This document shows positions 52,220-61,963 of a stretch of DNA of 64,000 nucleotides, piece by piece. The position numbers and the translations under genes were made by a program. Origin of the DNA: Polyangiales bacterium (lineage in GTDB: Bacteria; Myxococcota_A; Polyangia; Polyangiales; JADJQN01); NCBI GenBank assembly GCA_964202905.1, contig CAXNJO010000002.1:320001-384000 (forward strand), read 5' to 3'. How positions within the stretch are numbered: position 1 is the stretch's first letter; every line of letters begins with the position of its first letter. The notes below the pieces were generated by a model that did no database searches, was not told where the DNA came from, and saw only the letters and a program-made list of their open reading frames with translations.

Positions 52220-53725
52220 ATGGCGAGGATACTCGGGCTCGATGTCGGCACGACCGCGGTACGCGGCGTCGTGCTGCGCACCGCGCTCCGCAAGGTCGAG
52301 ATCGAGCGGTACGTCGAGGCGCCGTATCCCCTGCCCGCAGAGGGCGGGAGCGAGGGCCCCGCGGCCCGCGCCGAGGCGCTCGCCGCGGCGGTGCGCGAGG
52401 TGCTTGCAGGGATCGGACGCGCGCCCGATGGCGTGGTCGTCGCGGTGCCCGGCGAGGACGCGTCGCTGCGCCCCATCGAGCTGCCCGCGGCGGTACAGAA
52501 GCGCATCGCGGACGTCCTGCCCTTCGAGCTCGAGGCGGTGCTGCCCTTCCCCGCGGAGGAGGCCGTCCTCGATCACCAGCTGATCGGGCGCGACGGCACG
52601 AAGCTCCGCGTGCTCGCCGCGGCCGCACCGAAGGCGCGCGTCGCGAGTCTGCTCGGCGAGCTCGCCGACGCGGGCGTCGTGCCGCAGGAGCTCGCGGTCG
52701 GCGCGGCCGCGCTCGACGGGCTCGTCGGGCTCGTGCCGGAGCTCGCCGGGCCCGGCCCGTACGTGTTGCTCGACGTCGGCGCGAACCACCTCGACGTGTG
52801 CGTGCTGCGCGACGGACGCACCGAGATCGCGCGCACCGTCGCGACGGGGACCGCGGGGCTCCCGCGCAACGAGGGCGAGTTGACGCGCGCGCTCGTGCAG
52901 ACGCTCGCGAGCTTCCGCGCGGGCGGCGCGACGGCGCCGGTGAAGGCGTTCGTGTGCGGCGGGGGCGCGCTCGTCGAGGGGTTGCTCCCGTGGCTCACCC
53001 CGCGCCTCGAGGGCGCCGAGATCGCGGTGCTCGCGCTGCCGGCGGCGCCAGGCGCGGACGAAGCGGTACGGCCGCTCTTCGGGCGCGCCGCGGCGCTCGC
53101 AGCGCGCACGCTGCTGAAGGGCAAGCGCCTCGATCTGCGGCAGGGCGAGTTCGCGCACCGCCGCACGATGGGCGCGCTCCGCGCGCAGGCGCCGCTGCTC
53201 GCGGTGTGCGCGGGCGCGGTGCTCCTCGCGTTCGTGTTCTCGACGTGGGCGAGCTACCGCATGCTCGACGAGCGGCGCGCGAGCCTCGCCGCGGAGCTCG
53301 AGCGCGTGACGCGTGACGCGTTCGGCGAGGCGACGAGCGACCCGGCGCGCGCGCGGCGGCTGCTCGCCGGGCGCACGGGCGCGCAGGATCCGCTGCCGCG
53401 CTTCGACGCCTTCGACGCGCTCGACGCGGTGACTGGCGCGATCCCGACGGACATCGTGCACGACGTGCGCCGGCTCGAGATCGAGATCGGCGCGGGCGAG
53501 CACGAGGGCAAGCTCGCGCTGCAGGGGACGCTCACGAACATCAGCGAGCGCGACCGCATCGTCGAGGCGCTGAAGACCCACGAGTGCTTCCACGAGCTCG
53601 AGGCCAAGCGCACGAGCCCCGCGACGGGGCAGGACCGCATCAACTACACCGTCGAGGCGGTGATCCACTGCGGCCCGCGCGCCGCGACCCCACGCAACGC
53701 AGCACGGAGGCGCGCCGGTGAGTAG
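52220..53725 (+). CDS. gspL: GspL (PilM-like cytoplasmic domain, TM, periplasmic domain)
   Basis: ILGLDVG, PFELEAVLPF, LLDVGA and CGGGA actin-like fold, then TM. Confidence 0.8.
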   Translation: MARILGLDVGTTAVRGVVLRTALRKVEIERYVEAPYPLPAEGGSEGPAARAEALAAAVREVLAGIGRAPDGVVVAVPGEDASLRPIELPAAVQKRIADVLPFELEAVLPFPAEEAVLDHQLIGRDGTKLRVLAAAAPKARVASLLGELADAGVVPQELAVGAAALDGLVGLVPELAGPGPYVLLDVGANHLDVCVLRDGRTEIARTVATGTAGLPRNEGELTRALVQTLASFRAGGATAPVKAFVCGGGALVEGLLPWLTPRLEGAEIAVLALPAAPGADEAVRPLFGRAAALAARTLLKGKRLDLRQGEFAHRRTMGALRAQAPLLAVCAGAVLLAFVFSTWASYRMLDERRASLAAELERVTRDAFGEATSDPARARRLLAGRTGAQDPLPRFDAFDALDAVTGAIPTDIVHDVRRLEIEIGAGEHEGKLALQGTLTNISERDRIVEALKTHECFHELEAKRTSPATGQDRINYTVEAVIHCGPRAATPRNAARRRAGE

Positions 53726-54329
53726 CCCCATCGATTCGCTCGGCCGCAGCTGGCAGGGCCTCAACGAGCGCGAGCGTCGGCTCGTCGGGTTACTCGGCCT
53801 GACGCTCGTCGGCCTCGTCGTCTTCGGGATCTTCTACCTCTCGCAGAGCGCGGTGAGCGACGTCGAGGAGGAGAGCGAGCAGCTCGAGTCCGCGCTCGCG
53901 GAGATCGGGCGTGCGCGCACGCGGCTCGAAGCGCGGGCGGCCGAGCGCGACGCCGCCGAGCGCCGCTACGCGACGAAGGCGCCGGCCCTCGGCAGCTTCG
54001 TCGAGGCGAGCGCGCGCGACAACCAGCTCACGCTCCGCGAGGTCGTCGATCAGCCCGACGAGGTGATGGGCCGCTACACGCGGCGCTCGGTGAACGTGCA
54101 GCTGCCCAACGTGAACCTGCGCCCCATCGTGGACCTGATGGCGAGCATCGAGAACAGCCCGTATCCCGTGGCGATCGAAGAGATCCAGGTCGAGCACTTC
54201 CAGTCCGGCGACCAGTACAACGTGAAGCTCGGCGTCGTCGCGTACGACCGCGCGGGCCCCGCTGCCGCGGGCCCGACGAAGAACGCCCCGACGCGCCCGG
54301 TGGTCGGCGCAGGACCCCCGCGCCCATGA
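53718..54329 (+). CDS. gspM: T2SS protein GspM
   Basis: WQGLNERERRLV followed by TM and coiled coil. Confidence 0.8.
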   Translation: MSSPIDSLGRSWQGLNERERRLVGLLGLTLVGLVVFGIFYLSQSAVSDVEEESEQLESALAEIGRARTRLEARAAERDAAERRYATKAPALGSFVEASARDNQLTLREVVDQPDEVMGRYTRRSVNVQLPNVNLRPIVDLMASIENSPYPVAIEEIQVEHFQSGDQYNVKLGVVAYDRAGPAAAGPTKNAPTRPVVGAGPPRP

Positions 54330-55351
54330 GCCCGACGACCCGTCAACGCCTGCTCGTCTGGCTCGGCTACCCGGCCTTCGCGGCCGTGAGCTTCGTCGTC
54401 GCCGCGTACCTGACCTTCCCCTACGACCGCCTCCGCGACTTCCTCATCCAAGAGATCGAGCGCCCCCGCGGGCCGGGCGGCGAGCGGCGCGACAGCGGCA
54501 TCCAGCTCGAGATCGCCGAGCTCTCGCCTTCGTTCTTCACGGGCGTCGACCTCGAGGGCGTGCGCCTCACGCGGCGCGCGGCGCCCTCCCCGCAGGCGCC
54601 CGCGGTGCCCGGGGCCGCGGACGACAAGCCGCTCGTCCTCGAGATCGACGCGCTCTCGGCGCGCATCTCGCTCCTCGCGCTGCTCGCGGGGACGAAGCAG
54701 GTCTCCTTCGATGCGGAGCTCGCGAACGGCACGATCGTGGGCGAGGTCGCGCTCAGCGAGGACGAGACGCGCATCGAGCTCGCGCTCGAAGACATCGAGT
54801 TGCGCCGACTCGCGGGCCCGTCGGCGCTGCTTGGCCTGCCCGTCACGGGCAAGCTCGGCGGCACCGTCGAGCTCACCGTCGGCAAGGAGCCGAGCGCGAC
54901 GAAGGGGGCCGTGGATCTCGCGGTCGAGGGCCTCGTGATCGGCGACGGCCGCGCGAAGTTGAAGCTCGAGGGGCTCGGCGCAGAGGGCCTCAGCGTCGGG
55001 CGCATCGAGTTCGGCAAGCTCGTCGTGCAGGCCGGCGTCGAGAACGGGCTCGCGCGTTTCACGAAGCTCGGCACCGAGGGCGGGCGCGACGTGACGCTGA
55101 CGGGCAGCGGCCAGGTGCGCCTCGTCCAGCCCCTGCGCGGCTCGCGCGTCGAGCTGCTCGTCGGCGTGAAGTTCGCCGACGCCTTCAAGACGCGCGACGC
55201 GCGCACGCGCGGGCTGTTCGCGATGCTCGACGTCGTGCCGCGGCTCCGCGCGGCGCGCACCGCCGACGGCGCGCTGCAGTGGCAGATCGCGGGCTCGCTC
55301 GCCGGGCCCTTCCGCCCGACGCCCGCCGGGGCGATGCGGCCCTCGCGCTAA
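54326..55351 (+). CDS. gspN: T2SS protein GspN
   Basis: TM followed by YLTFPYDRL and a beta-rich body; last gene of the cluster. Confidence 0.78.
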   Translation: MSPTTRQRLLVWLGYPAFAAVSFVVAAYLTFPYDRLRDFLIQEIERPRGPGGERRDSGIQLEIAELSPSFFTGVDLEGVRLTRRAAPSPQAPAVPGAADDKPLVLEIDALSARISLLALLAGTKQVSFDAELANGTIVGEVALSEDETRIELALEDIELRRLAGPSALLGLPVTGKLGGTVELTVGKEPSATKGAVDLAVEGLVIGDGRAKLKLEGLGAEGLSVGRIEFGKLVVQAGVENGLARFTKLGTEGGRDVTLTGSGQVRLVQPLRGSRVELLVGVKFADAFKTRDARTRGLFAMLDVVPRLRAARTADGALQWQIAGSLAGPFRPTPAGAMRPSR

Positions 55352-55393
55352 ATCGCGGTTGAGCGCGCGAGCGCGCTCGCGTAGAGTCGCGCC

Positions 55394-56302
55394 ATGCGAC
55401 CGCGCGCCTCCTCCCCGACGCACCGCCTCGCGATCCACGCGCTCTGCGCCTCGCTTCTCGCCGCCGTGTCGGCGTGCAGCGAGCGTGCGGCGGCGCCTCC
55501 TCGCATGCCCGAAGACGCCGGCCCGCCCGATCTCGGCGCACCGGACCTCGGGCCGCCCGACCTCGGCCCGCCCGACTTCGGTCCGCCGCCGGATCTCGGC
55601 CCGCCGCCCGGCGACGTGCACGTCGTGATCACCGCCGACAACGCGTACAGCTTCGCGTACGGCACCGCCGACACGATCGACACCTTTGTCCGCGGCTCGC
55701 GGGCGATGCTGGCGGGAGAGATCTTCAACTGCCCCGTGGGCAATGGCCCCGAGGCGTACACCGTGCCCGCGGCCTCGGCGCCTCCGGGCGCGTACCTCTA
55801 CATCGTCACGTGGGACGACCTCGCGGTGCTGCAGGGCGTGCTCGGCGAGTTCGAGCGCGACGGCAGCTTCGTCTACACGGGCGACGCGCGCTTCGAGGTC
55901 TGCGCGACGGGCGTCGACTACGCGCGCGCAGGGGCGGGGATCGACCCGCTGCTCGGACCGACGGAAGAGGCCGTCGAGGCGGAGATCGCGCGCTGCAACG
56001 CGGGCGAGCGGCGCCCCCGACACCGACGAGCCGCGGCTGGGTCGATCTCATGGGCCCCGTGACGGCGGACGCGCTCGGCACCCTCGCGGTCGGCGAGGCG
56101 AACGACCCGACGCCCGGACGGTGAGTTCCCGCCCGTGTGCGCGGGCGACGCGACGACGCCGGGCGTCGACGAGCGAGGCGCGCTGGATGTGGTACGCGCC
56201 GCCGGGTCACACCGGCTCGGCGTTCCGGTCGACCGGCGAGCAACATCTTACCGAACCTTCCTGATCTTCCGGCTGCCCGCCGACGAGATCATCCTCATCT
56301 GA
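55394..56302 (+). CDS. Hypothetical lipoprotein, broken by several apparent frameshifts after about 56010
   Basis: VSAC lipobox, (PPDLG)x5 and VVITADNAYSFAYG; coherent fragments RGWVDLMGP, ARWMWY and FLIFRLPADEIILI* lie in successive frames. Confidence 0.6.
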
Positions 56303-56326
56303 CCGCGCGGCGAGGGAGACGACGGA

Positions 56327-56350
56327 GCGACTGAATCACCATTCAGTCGC
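56327..56350. repeat. Perfect palindrome GCGACTGAAT-CACC-ATTCAGTCGC
   Basis: 10-bp arms with a 4-nt centre, between convergent genes; related copies at 61946 and 48216. Confidence 0.75.
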
Positions 56351-56367
56351 GCACCGCCGCCTGAGGC

Positions 56368-57522
56368 TCACGCAGGCGAATGCGGCTCGCTCGGTGACTC
56401 CGGCGCCCAATGCGTCGCCGCGAGCATCCCGCACGCCGCGTGGCGTGCGCCGCCTCCCGAATAGCGGCGCACGAGCGGCACGCCGAGCACGCCGAGCCGA
56501 TCGAGGAAGGCCTTGAGCTCCTCGGGCTCGGCGCGGCGGAAGCCGTCTTCGCGCGCGTCGTTCACGTCGATCAGGTTCACGCGGAGCCGCAGATCGCCGA
56601 GCAGCGCGCCGAGCGCCTCGACCTCGTCGGCGCCCGTGTTCACGCCCGCCATCACGACCCACGCGACCGTGACGCGGCCCTTCGCGACCTCGGCGTACTC
56701 GCGGATCGCCGAGGCGAGGTCGGCGAGCGCGAAGCGCCCCGCGACGGGCAGGAGGGCGCGGCGCTTGTCGGCGAGCGCGCTCGTGAGCGAGACGATGAGC
56801 CGGTAGCGGTGCCCTTCGCGCGCGAAGCGCCGGATCTGCGCGACGAGCCCGACCGTGCTGATCGTGATCGCGTCCGCGGAGATGCGACCGCCGCACGGAT
56901 CGCTGAGCACCGAGGCCGCGCGCAGGACCGCGTCGTAGTTGTGGAAGGGCTCGCCCTGCCCCTGGAACACGACGCCCGCGACGCGCCCCGGCGCCTCGTC
57001 GCGCACCTGCAGGAGCGCGTCGACCATCTCCCACGCGGCGAGGTTGCGCGTGAGCCCGAGGCGGCCCGTCGCGCAGAACGTGCAACCCATCGCGCAGCCG
57101 ACCTGCGAGGAGAGGCACACGGTGAAGCGGCCGGGCGCGTGCAGCGGGATGCGCACGGCCTCGGTGAGCGCGCCGTCCGGCGAGCGGAAGAGGTACTTCA
57201 CGAAGCCGTCGCCCGGGTCCGTGACGCGCTCGAGGATCTCGAGGCGATCGAACGCGAGCGTCGCCTCGAGCGCTTCGCGTTTCGCGCGGGCGAGCGGGCG
57301 CCGCGAAGGCGGTCGCGTGCCAGGGACGTGCGACAGGTGCTCGGCGAGGTAGCGGCGCGCCTCATCGTCGCGCAGCGCGAGGCCGCGCGACGCCGCGTGC
57401 GCGACGAGATCCGGAGGCCGCATGCCGAAGAGGTGCGGCAGACCGCGCACCTCGCGCGGGCCGAGCACGCCCGCGGGCGGGAGCTCCGGGAGCGGACCGT
57501 CGCTGCCCTCCGCGGCGCCCAT
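56368..57522 (-). CDS. RlmN/Cfr-family radical SAM methyltransferase paralogue
   Basis: CLSSQVGCAMGCTFCATG, QGQGEP, ISTVG and AACGML. Confidence 0.85.
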   Translation of the reverse strand: MGAAEGSDGPLPELPPAGVLGPREVRGLPHLFGMRPPDLVAHAASRGLALRDDEARRYLAEHLSHVPGTRPPSRRPLARAKREALEATLAFDRLEILERVTDPGDGFVKYLFRSPDGALTEAVRIPLHAPGRFTVCLSSQVGCAMGCTFCATGRLGLTRNLAAWEMVDALLQVRDEAPGRVAGVVFQGQGEPFHNYDAVLRAASVLSDPCGGRISADAITISTVGLVAQIRRFAREGHRYRLIVSLTSALADKRRALLPVAGRFALADLASAIREYAEVAKGRVTVAWVVMAGVNTGADEVEALGALLGDLRLRVNLIDVNDAREDGFRRAEPEELKAFLDRLGVLGVPLVRRYSGGGARHAACGMLAATHWAPESPSEPHSPA

Positions 57523-57530
57523 CGCGCCCG

Positions 57531-58655
57531 TCAGCGTCGCTCGTCGGCGCGCATCGCGTCGAGTCGGTCGTAGTGGCGGTAGCCGAGCTTCGCGAGGGCG
57601 CTCTGCGGCGCGAGCCCGATGTCCACGAGCGTCTTCAGCGCGTAGGTGCCGGCGAGCACGGGCGGCGCGTAGGCGCGGACGGCCTCGGGCGAGCGGAAGC
57701 GCTCGAGCGGGAAGAGCAGGCGATCCGAGTGCATGTGCATGAAGTGCGCGCTCGAGAGGCGCGACCAGCCGGCCACGCCGGGCGCCGTGACCACGTGCGG
57801 CGTCGCGAGGAAAGCGCCGCCCGTGAGGATCTCGAGCTGCTGGCCGACCTGCGCGATGACGCAGCCCTTCGGCGCGGTGCCGCGCACCTTCAGGCCATTC
57901 GGCGCGTCGGGCAGCGGGCGGGTGCGCAGGTAGAGGCCGCTCTCGTCATCGGGCGCGCCGGCGGCGGCGCCGCTCGGGTCGAAGAAGCGGCCGCCGGGGA
58001 GCAGCGTGAGGAGGTTGAAGTCGGTGTGCTCCTCGCCCCAGACGAGCCCCGTGCCGACCTGCTCGGGCGCGAGCGGCAGGTAGTTGAGCACGCGCGTGAT
58101 GTGCGGGCCCTTCTCGCAGAGCGCGGTGAAGGTCTCGGCCGGGAGATCGAGCGCGAGCGCGGAGCCGCGGAGCAGCGCGGTGCCCGCCTCGTGCAGCTGC
58201 CGACCGAGCGCGACGAAGCCCTCGCGGAAGAAGGACGGCGCGTCGTCGGGCCAGACGTTCTCGGGGTAGAGCTCGGGGTACGCGAGCGCGCTCGCCGCGT
58301 CGTTGTCGAAGGGCGTGACGAAGAAGCACTCCTTGAAGTCGGGCTGACCGCCGCCGGCGACCGCGATCTCCGTGTTCGGAGGCGTCCAGCCGCGCTGGTA
58401 CCAGAGGTCGGGGCGCGCGTACGGGCGCTTCGCGCTCTCGGGGCGCGCGACGAACGCGCGGAACGCGTCGTAGAAGCGCTCGAGCGCCGCGAGATCGACC
58501 GGGTGGTTGCGGATGTAGACGAGCCCGTACGTGCCGAAGGCCTCGCGCAGCGCCGCGGCGCCACGCGCGAGGGCCGCGGGGTCGGCGGAGACGAGGTCCT
58601 CGAGGTCGACGGTGGGGATGTTCATGGGGGCGGAGGTGGGGTTCTCAGCGGTCAC
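57531..58655 (-). CDS. 2OG-Fe(II) oxygenase, isopenicillin N synthase-like family
   Basis: IPTVDL, HTDFNLLTLL, ATPHVV and RLSS. Confidence 0.88.
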   Translation of the reverse strand: MTAENPTSAPMNIPTVDLEDLVSADPAALARGAAALREAFGTYGLVYIRNHPVDLAALERFYDAFRAFVARPESAKRPYARPDLWYQRGWTPPNTEIAVAGGGQPDFKECFFVTPFDNDAASALAYPELYPENVWPDDAPSFFREGFVALGRQLHEAGTALLRGSALALDLPAETFTALCEKGPHITRVLNYLPLAPEQVGTGLVWGEEHTDFNLLTLLPGGRFFDPSGAAAGAPDDESGLYLRTRPLPDAPNGLKVRGTAPKGCVIAQVGQQLEILTGGAFLATPHVVTAPGVAGWSRLSSAHFMHMHSDRLLFPLERFRSPEAVRAYAPPVLAGTYALKTLVDIGLAPQSALAKLGYRHYDRLDAMRADERR

Positions 58656-58699
58656 GGCGGTGCGTCGCGGTGTACATGGCGCGCGCGCGCCGCGTCAAT

Positions 58700-59183
58700 C
58701 GCCGCCCCGCACGCGGCGCTCGGCTACGCCTCGCTGCGGCGCGCCCCGGAGCCGCGGCGGCAGCACTCGGCGGCGCTCGAGGTCGTCGTCGCGCCCGGCG
58801 CGCAGGGCCGCGGCGTCGGAGGCGCGCTGGTCGATGCCGCGCTCGCGCTCGGCGAGCGTTGGCTGCACGTGCTGCGCGTCGAGGTCGTGGTGCAGGTCGA
58901 CGACCTGCGTGCGATCGCGCTCTGCCGCGCGCGCGGCTTCACGATCGAGGGCGTCGCACGCGCCCACGCGCTGCGCGACGGCACGCCCGTCGACGCCTGC
59001 CGCATGGCGCGGCTCGGCCCCGCGCTGCCCTACGCGCGCCTCACCGCGGAGGAGGCCGCGTCGCGCCAGCCACCCGCGCTCCCGCGGACGCCTACCGGAC
59101 CCAAGCGCGGCGCGCCCGGCGGCGGCCCACACGGCGTGACGGGGCGTGGCGGCGGCTGGGGGCCGCGCGGCGGACAGGCCTGA
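58700..59183 (+). CDS. GNAT acetyltransferase (N-terminus missing or frameshifted)
   Basis: VAPGAQGRGVGGALV...AIALCRARGFTIEG; no clear in-frame start. Confidence 0.55.
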
Positions 59184-59369
59184 TCGCCCACAAAAACAGG
59201 CTTTGACGCGGGTTGCGGGGTGGCGCGGAGTCCCACGCGACGCCGCAGCGCGCAGCGACCGAGGCAGCGCGCGCCGTGTGGACCGCCGCGCGCGGCGCAG
59301 CGACCGCGGCGCGCAGCGGCGCAGAGCGCGCCTTGTTGACCGCCGCGCGCGCCCCCAGATGGGGACGCG

Positions 59370-61065
59370 GTGAAGACCTTCCTGCGCGCGCTCGCCGAGC
59401 GACGCACGGATCCCGCGCGGCGGCGCTGGGTCTACGTGCCCTACGATCAGCTCTCGGAGGCGATCGGCCCGCTCGCCCGCGAGGCGCCCGCGGACCTCGG
59501 CATCGTCCTGGTCGAGGCGCCCCGCAAGGCCGCCCGGCGCCCGTACCACCGGCAGAAGCTCGCGTTCGTGCTCGCCAACCAGCGGCACTTCGCGCTCGAG
59601 CAGGCGGAGCGTGGCGTCGCGGTGCGTTACGTCGTCGCGGACGGCGCGTACGCCGACGCCCTCGCGCCCCTCGCCGCCGAGCTCGGCCCGCTCCGCGTGA
59701 TGGAGCCGGCGGAGCGCGAGCTGCGCGCCGACCTCGCGCCGCTCGTCGCGGATGGTCGCCTCGCGGTGCTGCCGCACGAGGGCTGGCTGAGCACGCGCGC
59801 CGACTTCCTCGAGGCCGTCGGGCCGAACCCGCCCTGGCGCATGGACGCGTTCTACCGCCACGCCCGCCGCCGCACCGGGCTGCTCATGGACGAGCGCGGC
59901 GAGCCCGAGGGCGGCCGCCTCAGCTTCGACGCGGAGAACCGCCGCGCGTGGCCCGGCACGCCCGCGGCGCCGACGCCGCCGCGCTATGCGCCGGACGCCA
60001 TCACCGAGGAGGTGGGCGCCCTCGTCGAGGCGCGCTTCGCCGCGCACCCGGGCACGCTCGATCTCGGCGCCCTCCCCGCGACCGCGGCCGACGCCGAGCG
60101 CGCGTGGGACTGGGCGCTCGCGCGAGTGCCTGCACGCACTTCGGGCCGTTCGAGGACGCGATGTCCGCGCGCTCGAGCGCGGCTCTTCCACACGCGCATC
60201 TCCGCCGCTGTTCAACCTCGCACCGCCTGCTGCCGCGCCGCGTGGTCGCGGACGTCGCGCGCGACCGCTCTCCCGCTCGCGAGCCGCGAGGGCTTCATCC
60301 GCCAAATCCTCGGCTGGCGCGAGTTCGTGCGGCACGTGCACGCCGAGCACAGACGGCCTGCGCCGCATCCCCGCGCTGCGGGGCGCACGCGCCGCGTCCC
60401 CCGCGAGCGCAGCGCAGGCGAGCACGACGACGCGACCGAGCACCCACCACACCCTCTCACACGATGGCGTCGATGAGGGCGCGAACCCCTCGGCGCTCGG
60501 CGCGCGCGAGCCGCTTCCGCCCGCGTTCTGGGGTACGGCCTCTGGGCTGCACTGCCTCGACACCGTCGTCGCGGACGTGTGGCGCGAGGGCTACGGCCAC
60601 CACATCACGCGGCTCATGGTGCTCGCGAACCTCGGCACCCTGCTCGCGATCGATCCGCGCGCGCTCACCGACTGGTTCTGGGTCGCCTACGCGGACGCGT
60701 ACGACTGGGTCGTCGAGCCGAACGTCCTCGGCATGGGCACGTTCGCGACGGGCGAGTTGATGACGACCAAGCCGTACGTCTCGGGCGCCGCGTACATCGC
60801 CCGCATGAGCGACTACTGCGACGGCTGCGCGTTCGACCCCGCGCGGACGTGCCCGGTGACGCGGCTCTACTGGGCGTTTCTCGCGCGCAACGCGGGCGCG
60901 CTCGGGCGCAACCCGCGCGTCGCGGGGCCGGTGTCCGCCGCGCTCCGGCGCAGCGACGCGGAGCGCGCGGAGGACCAGCGCGTCCACGCCCTCGTGCGCG
61001 ACACGCTCGCGCGCGGCGAACGTCTCGTCCCGGCGACGCTGCGCAAACCAGGGGCGGCACCGTGA
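59370..61065 (+). CDS. FeS-cluster cryptochrome/(6-4) photolyase family protein, several frameshifts at about 60120-60480
   Basis: YDQL, HRQKL, SFDAENR, REGFIRQILGWREF, HHITRLMV, YDWVVEPNVLGM and KPYVSGAAYIARMSDYCDGC...CP. Confidence 0.85.
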
Positions 61066-61098
61066 GCGGTGCGCGCCGCGAACACCCGCGGAGCGCGC

Positions 61099-61917
61099 AT
61101 GCCTGAGGGGCATACGCTGCACCGCCTCGCGCTCGATCACCGCGCCCTGCTTGTGGGGCGCGCGGTCGAGGCCTGCTCGCCGCAGGGCCGCTTCGACGAG
61201 GGCGCGGCGCTCCTCGACGGGCGGCGCGCGCTCGCCGTCGAGGCGCACGGCAAGCACCTGTTCTACGACTTCGAGGACGGCCTCATCCTGCACGTGCACC
61301 TCGGGCTCTTCGGACGCTTCCGCCGCACGCCCCGGGCCGCGCCGACGCCGCGCGGCGCCGTGCGCCTGCGCATGCAGGTCCCCGGCGCCTGCCTCGAGCT
61401 GAGCGGCCCGACGGCCTGCACGCTGGTCTCCGACGCGGAGCGCGCCGAGCTCTGCGCGCGGCTCGGTCCGGACCTGCTGCGCGACGACGCCGACCCCGCG
61501 CTCGCCTGGGCGCGCGTCGCGAAGTCGCGGCGCGCGATCGGCGCGCTGCTGCTCGATCAGTCGATCCTCTCCGGCGTCGGCAACGTCTACCGCGCCGAGG
61601 GCCTCTTCGTGACGGGGCTGCACCCCGAGACGCCCGGGAACGCGCTTCGCAAGGCCGACTTCACGCGCCTCTGGGAGACGCTGCGCGCGATGCTGCAGAA
61701 GGGCGTCCGCGATCGACGCATCGTGACGGTGGCGCACCCCGAGAAGAGCGCCGCGCGCGTGCGCCGCGGCGAGCGGACGTTTGTGTACGGGCAGTCGCAC
61801 TGTCGCCGCTGCGAGGGCCCCGTCGAGCGCTCCGTGCTGGCCGCGCGGACCATGTACGCGTGCCCCGCCTGCCAGCCGCGCGACGCGAAACCCAAGCGCG
61901 CGCGACGCGCGGAATGA
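61099..61917 (+). CDS. Fpg/Nei family DNA glycosylase (endonuclease VIII-like)
   Basis: N-terminal PEGH, HGKHL, HLGLFG, LLDQSILSGVGNVYRAE and C-terminal CxxC...CxxC zinc finger. Confidence 0.92.
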   Translation: MPEGHTLHRLALDHRALLVGRAVEACSPQGRFDEGAALLDGRRALAVEAHGKHLFYDFEDGLILHVHLGLFGRFRRTPRAAPTPRGAVRLRMQVPGACLELSGPTACTLVSDAERAELCARLGPDLLRDDADPALAWARVAKSRRAIGALLLDQSILSGVGNVYRAEGLFVTGLHPETPGNALRKADFTRLWETLRAMLQKGVRDRRIVTVAHPEKSAARVRRGERTFVYGQSHCRRCEGPVERSVLAARTMYACPACQPRDAKPKRARRAE

Positions 61918-61945
61918 CGCCGCTGCGGGGATGAGCGCGCCGCGC

Positions 61946-61963
61946 GACTGAATGACGATTCAG
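61946..61963. repeat. Second copy of the GACTGAAT-N4-ATTCAG palindrome
   Basis: GACTGAATGACGATTCAG between convergent genes. Confidence 0.65.

Noticed and set aside
44492..53725. Type IV pilus or Tad (Kil-like) system
   Set aside because: GspC with PDZ, a secretin with N0-N3, GspK and GspN, and the C-to-N gene order fit T2SS. No PilT or Flp/Tad genes are present.
56368..57522. Cfr antibiotic-resistance methyltransferase
   Set aside because: The visible motifs only place it in the RlmN/Cfr family. There is no mobile context and no Cfr-specific evidence.
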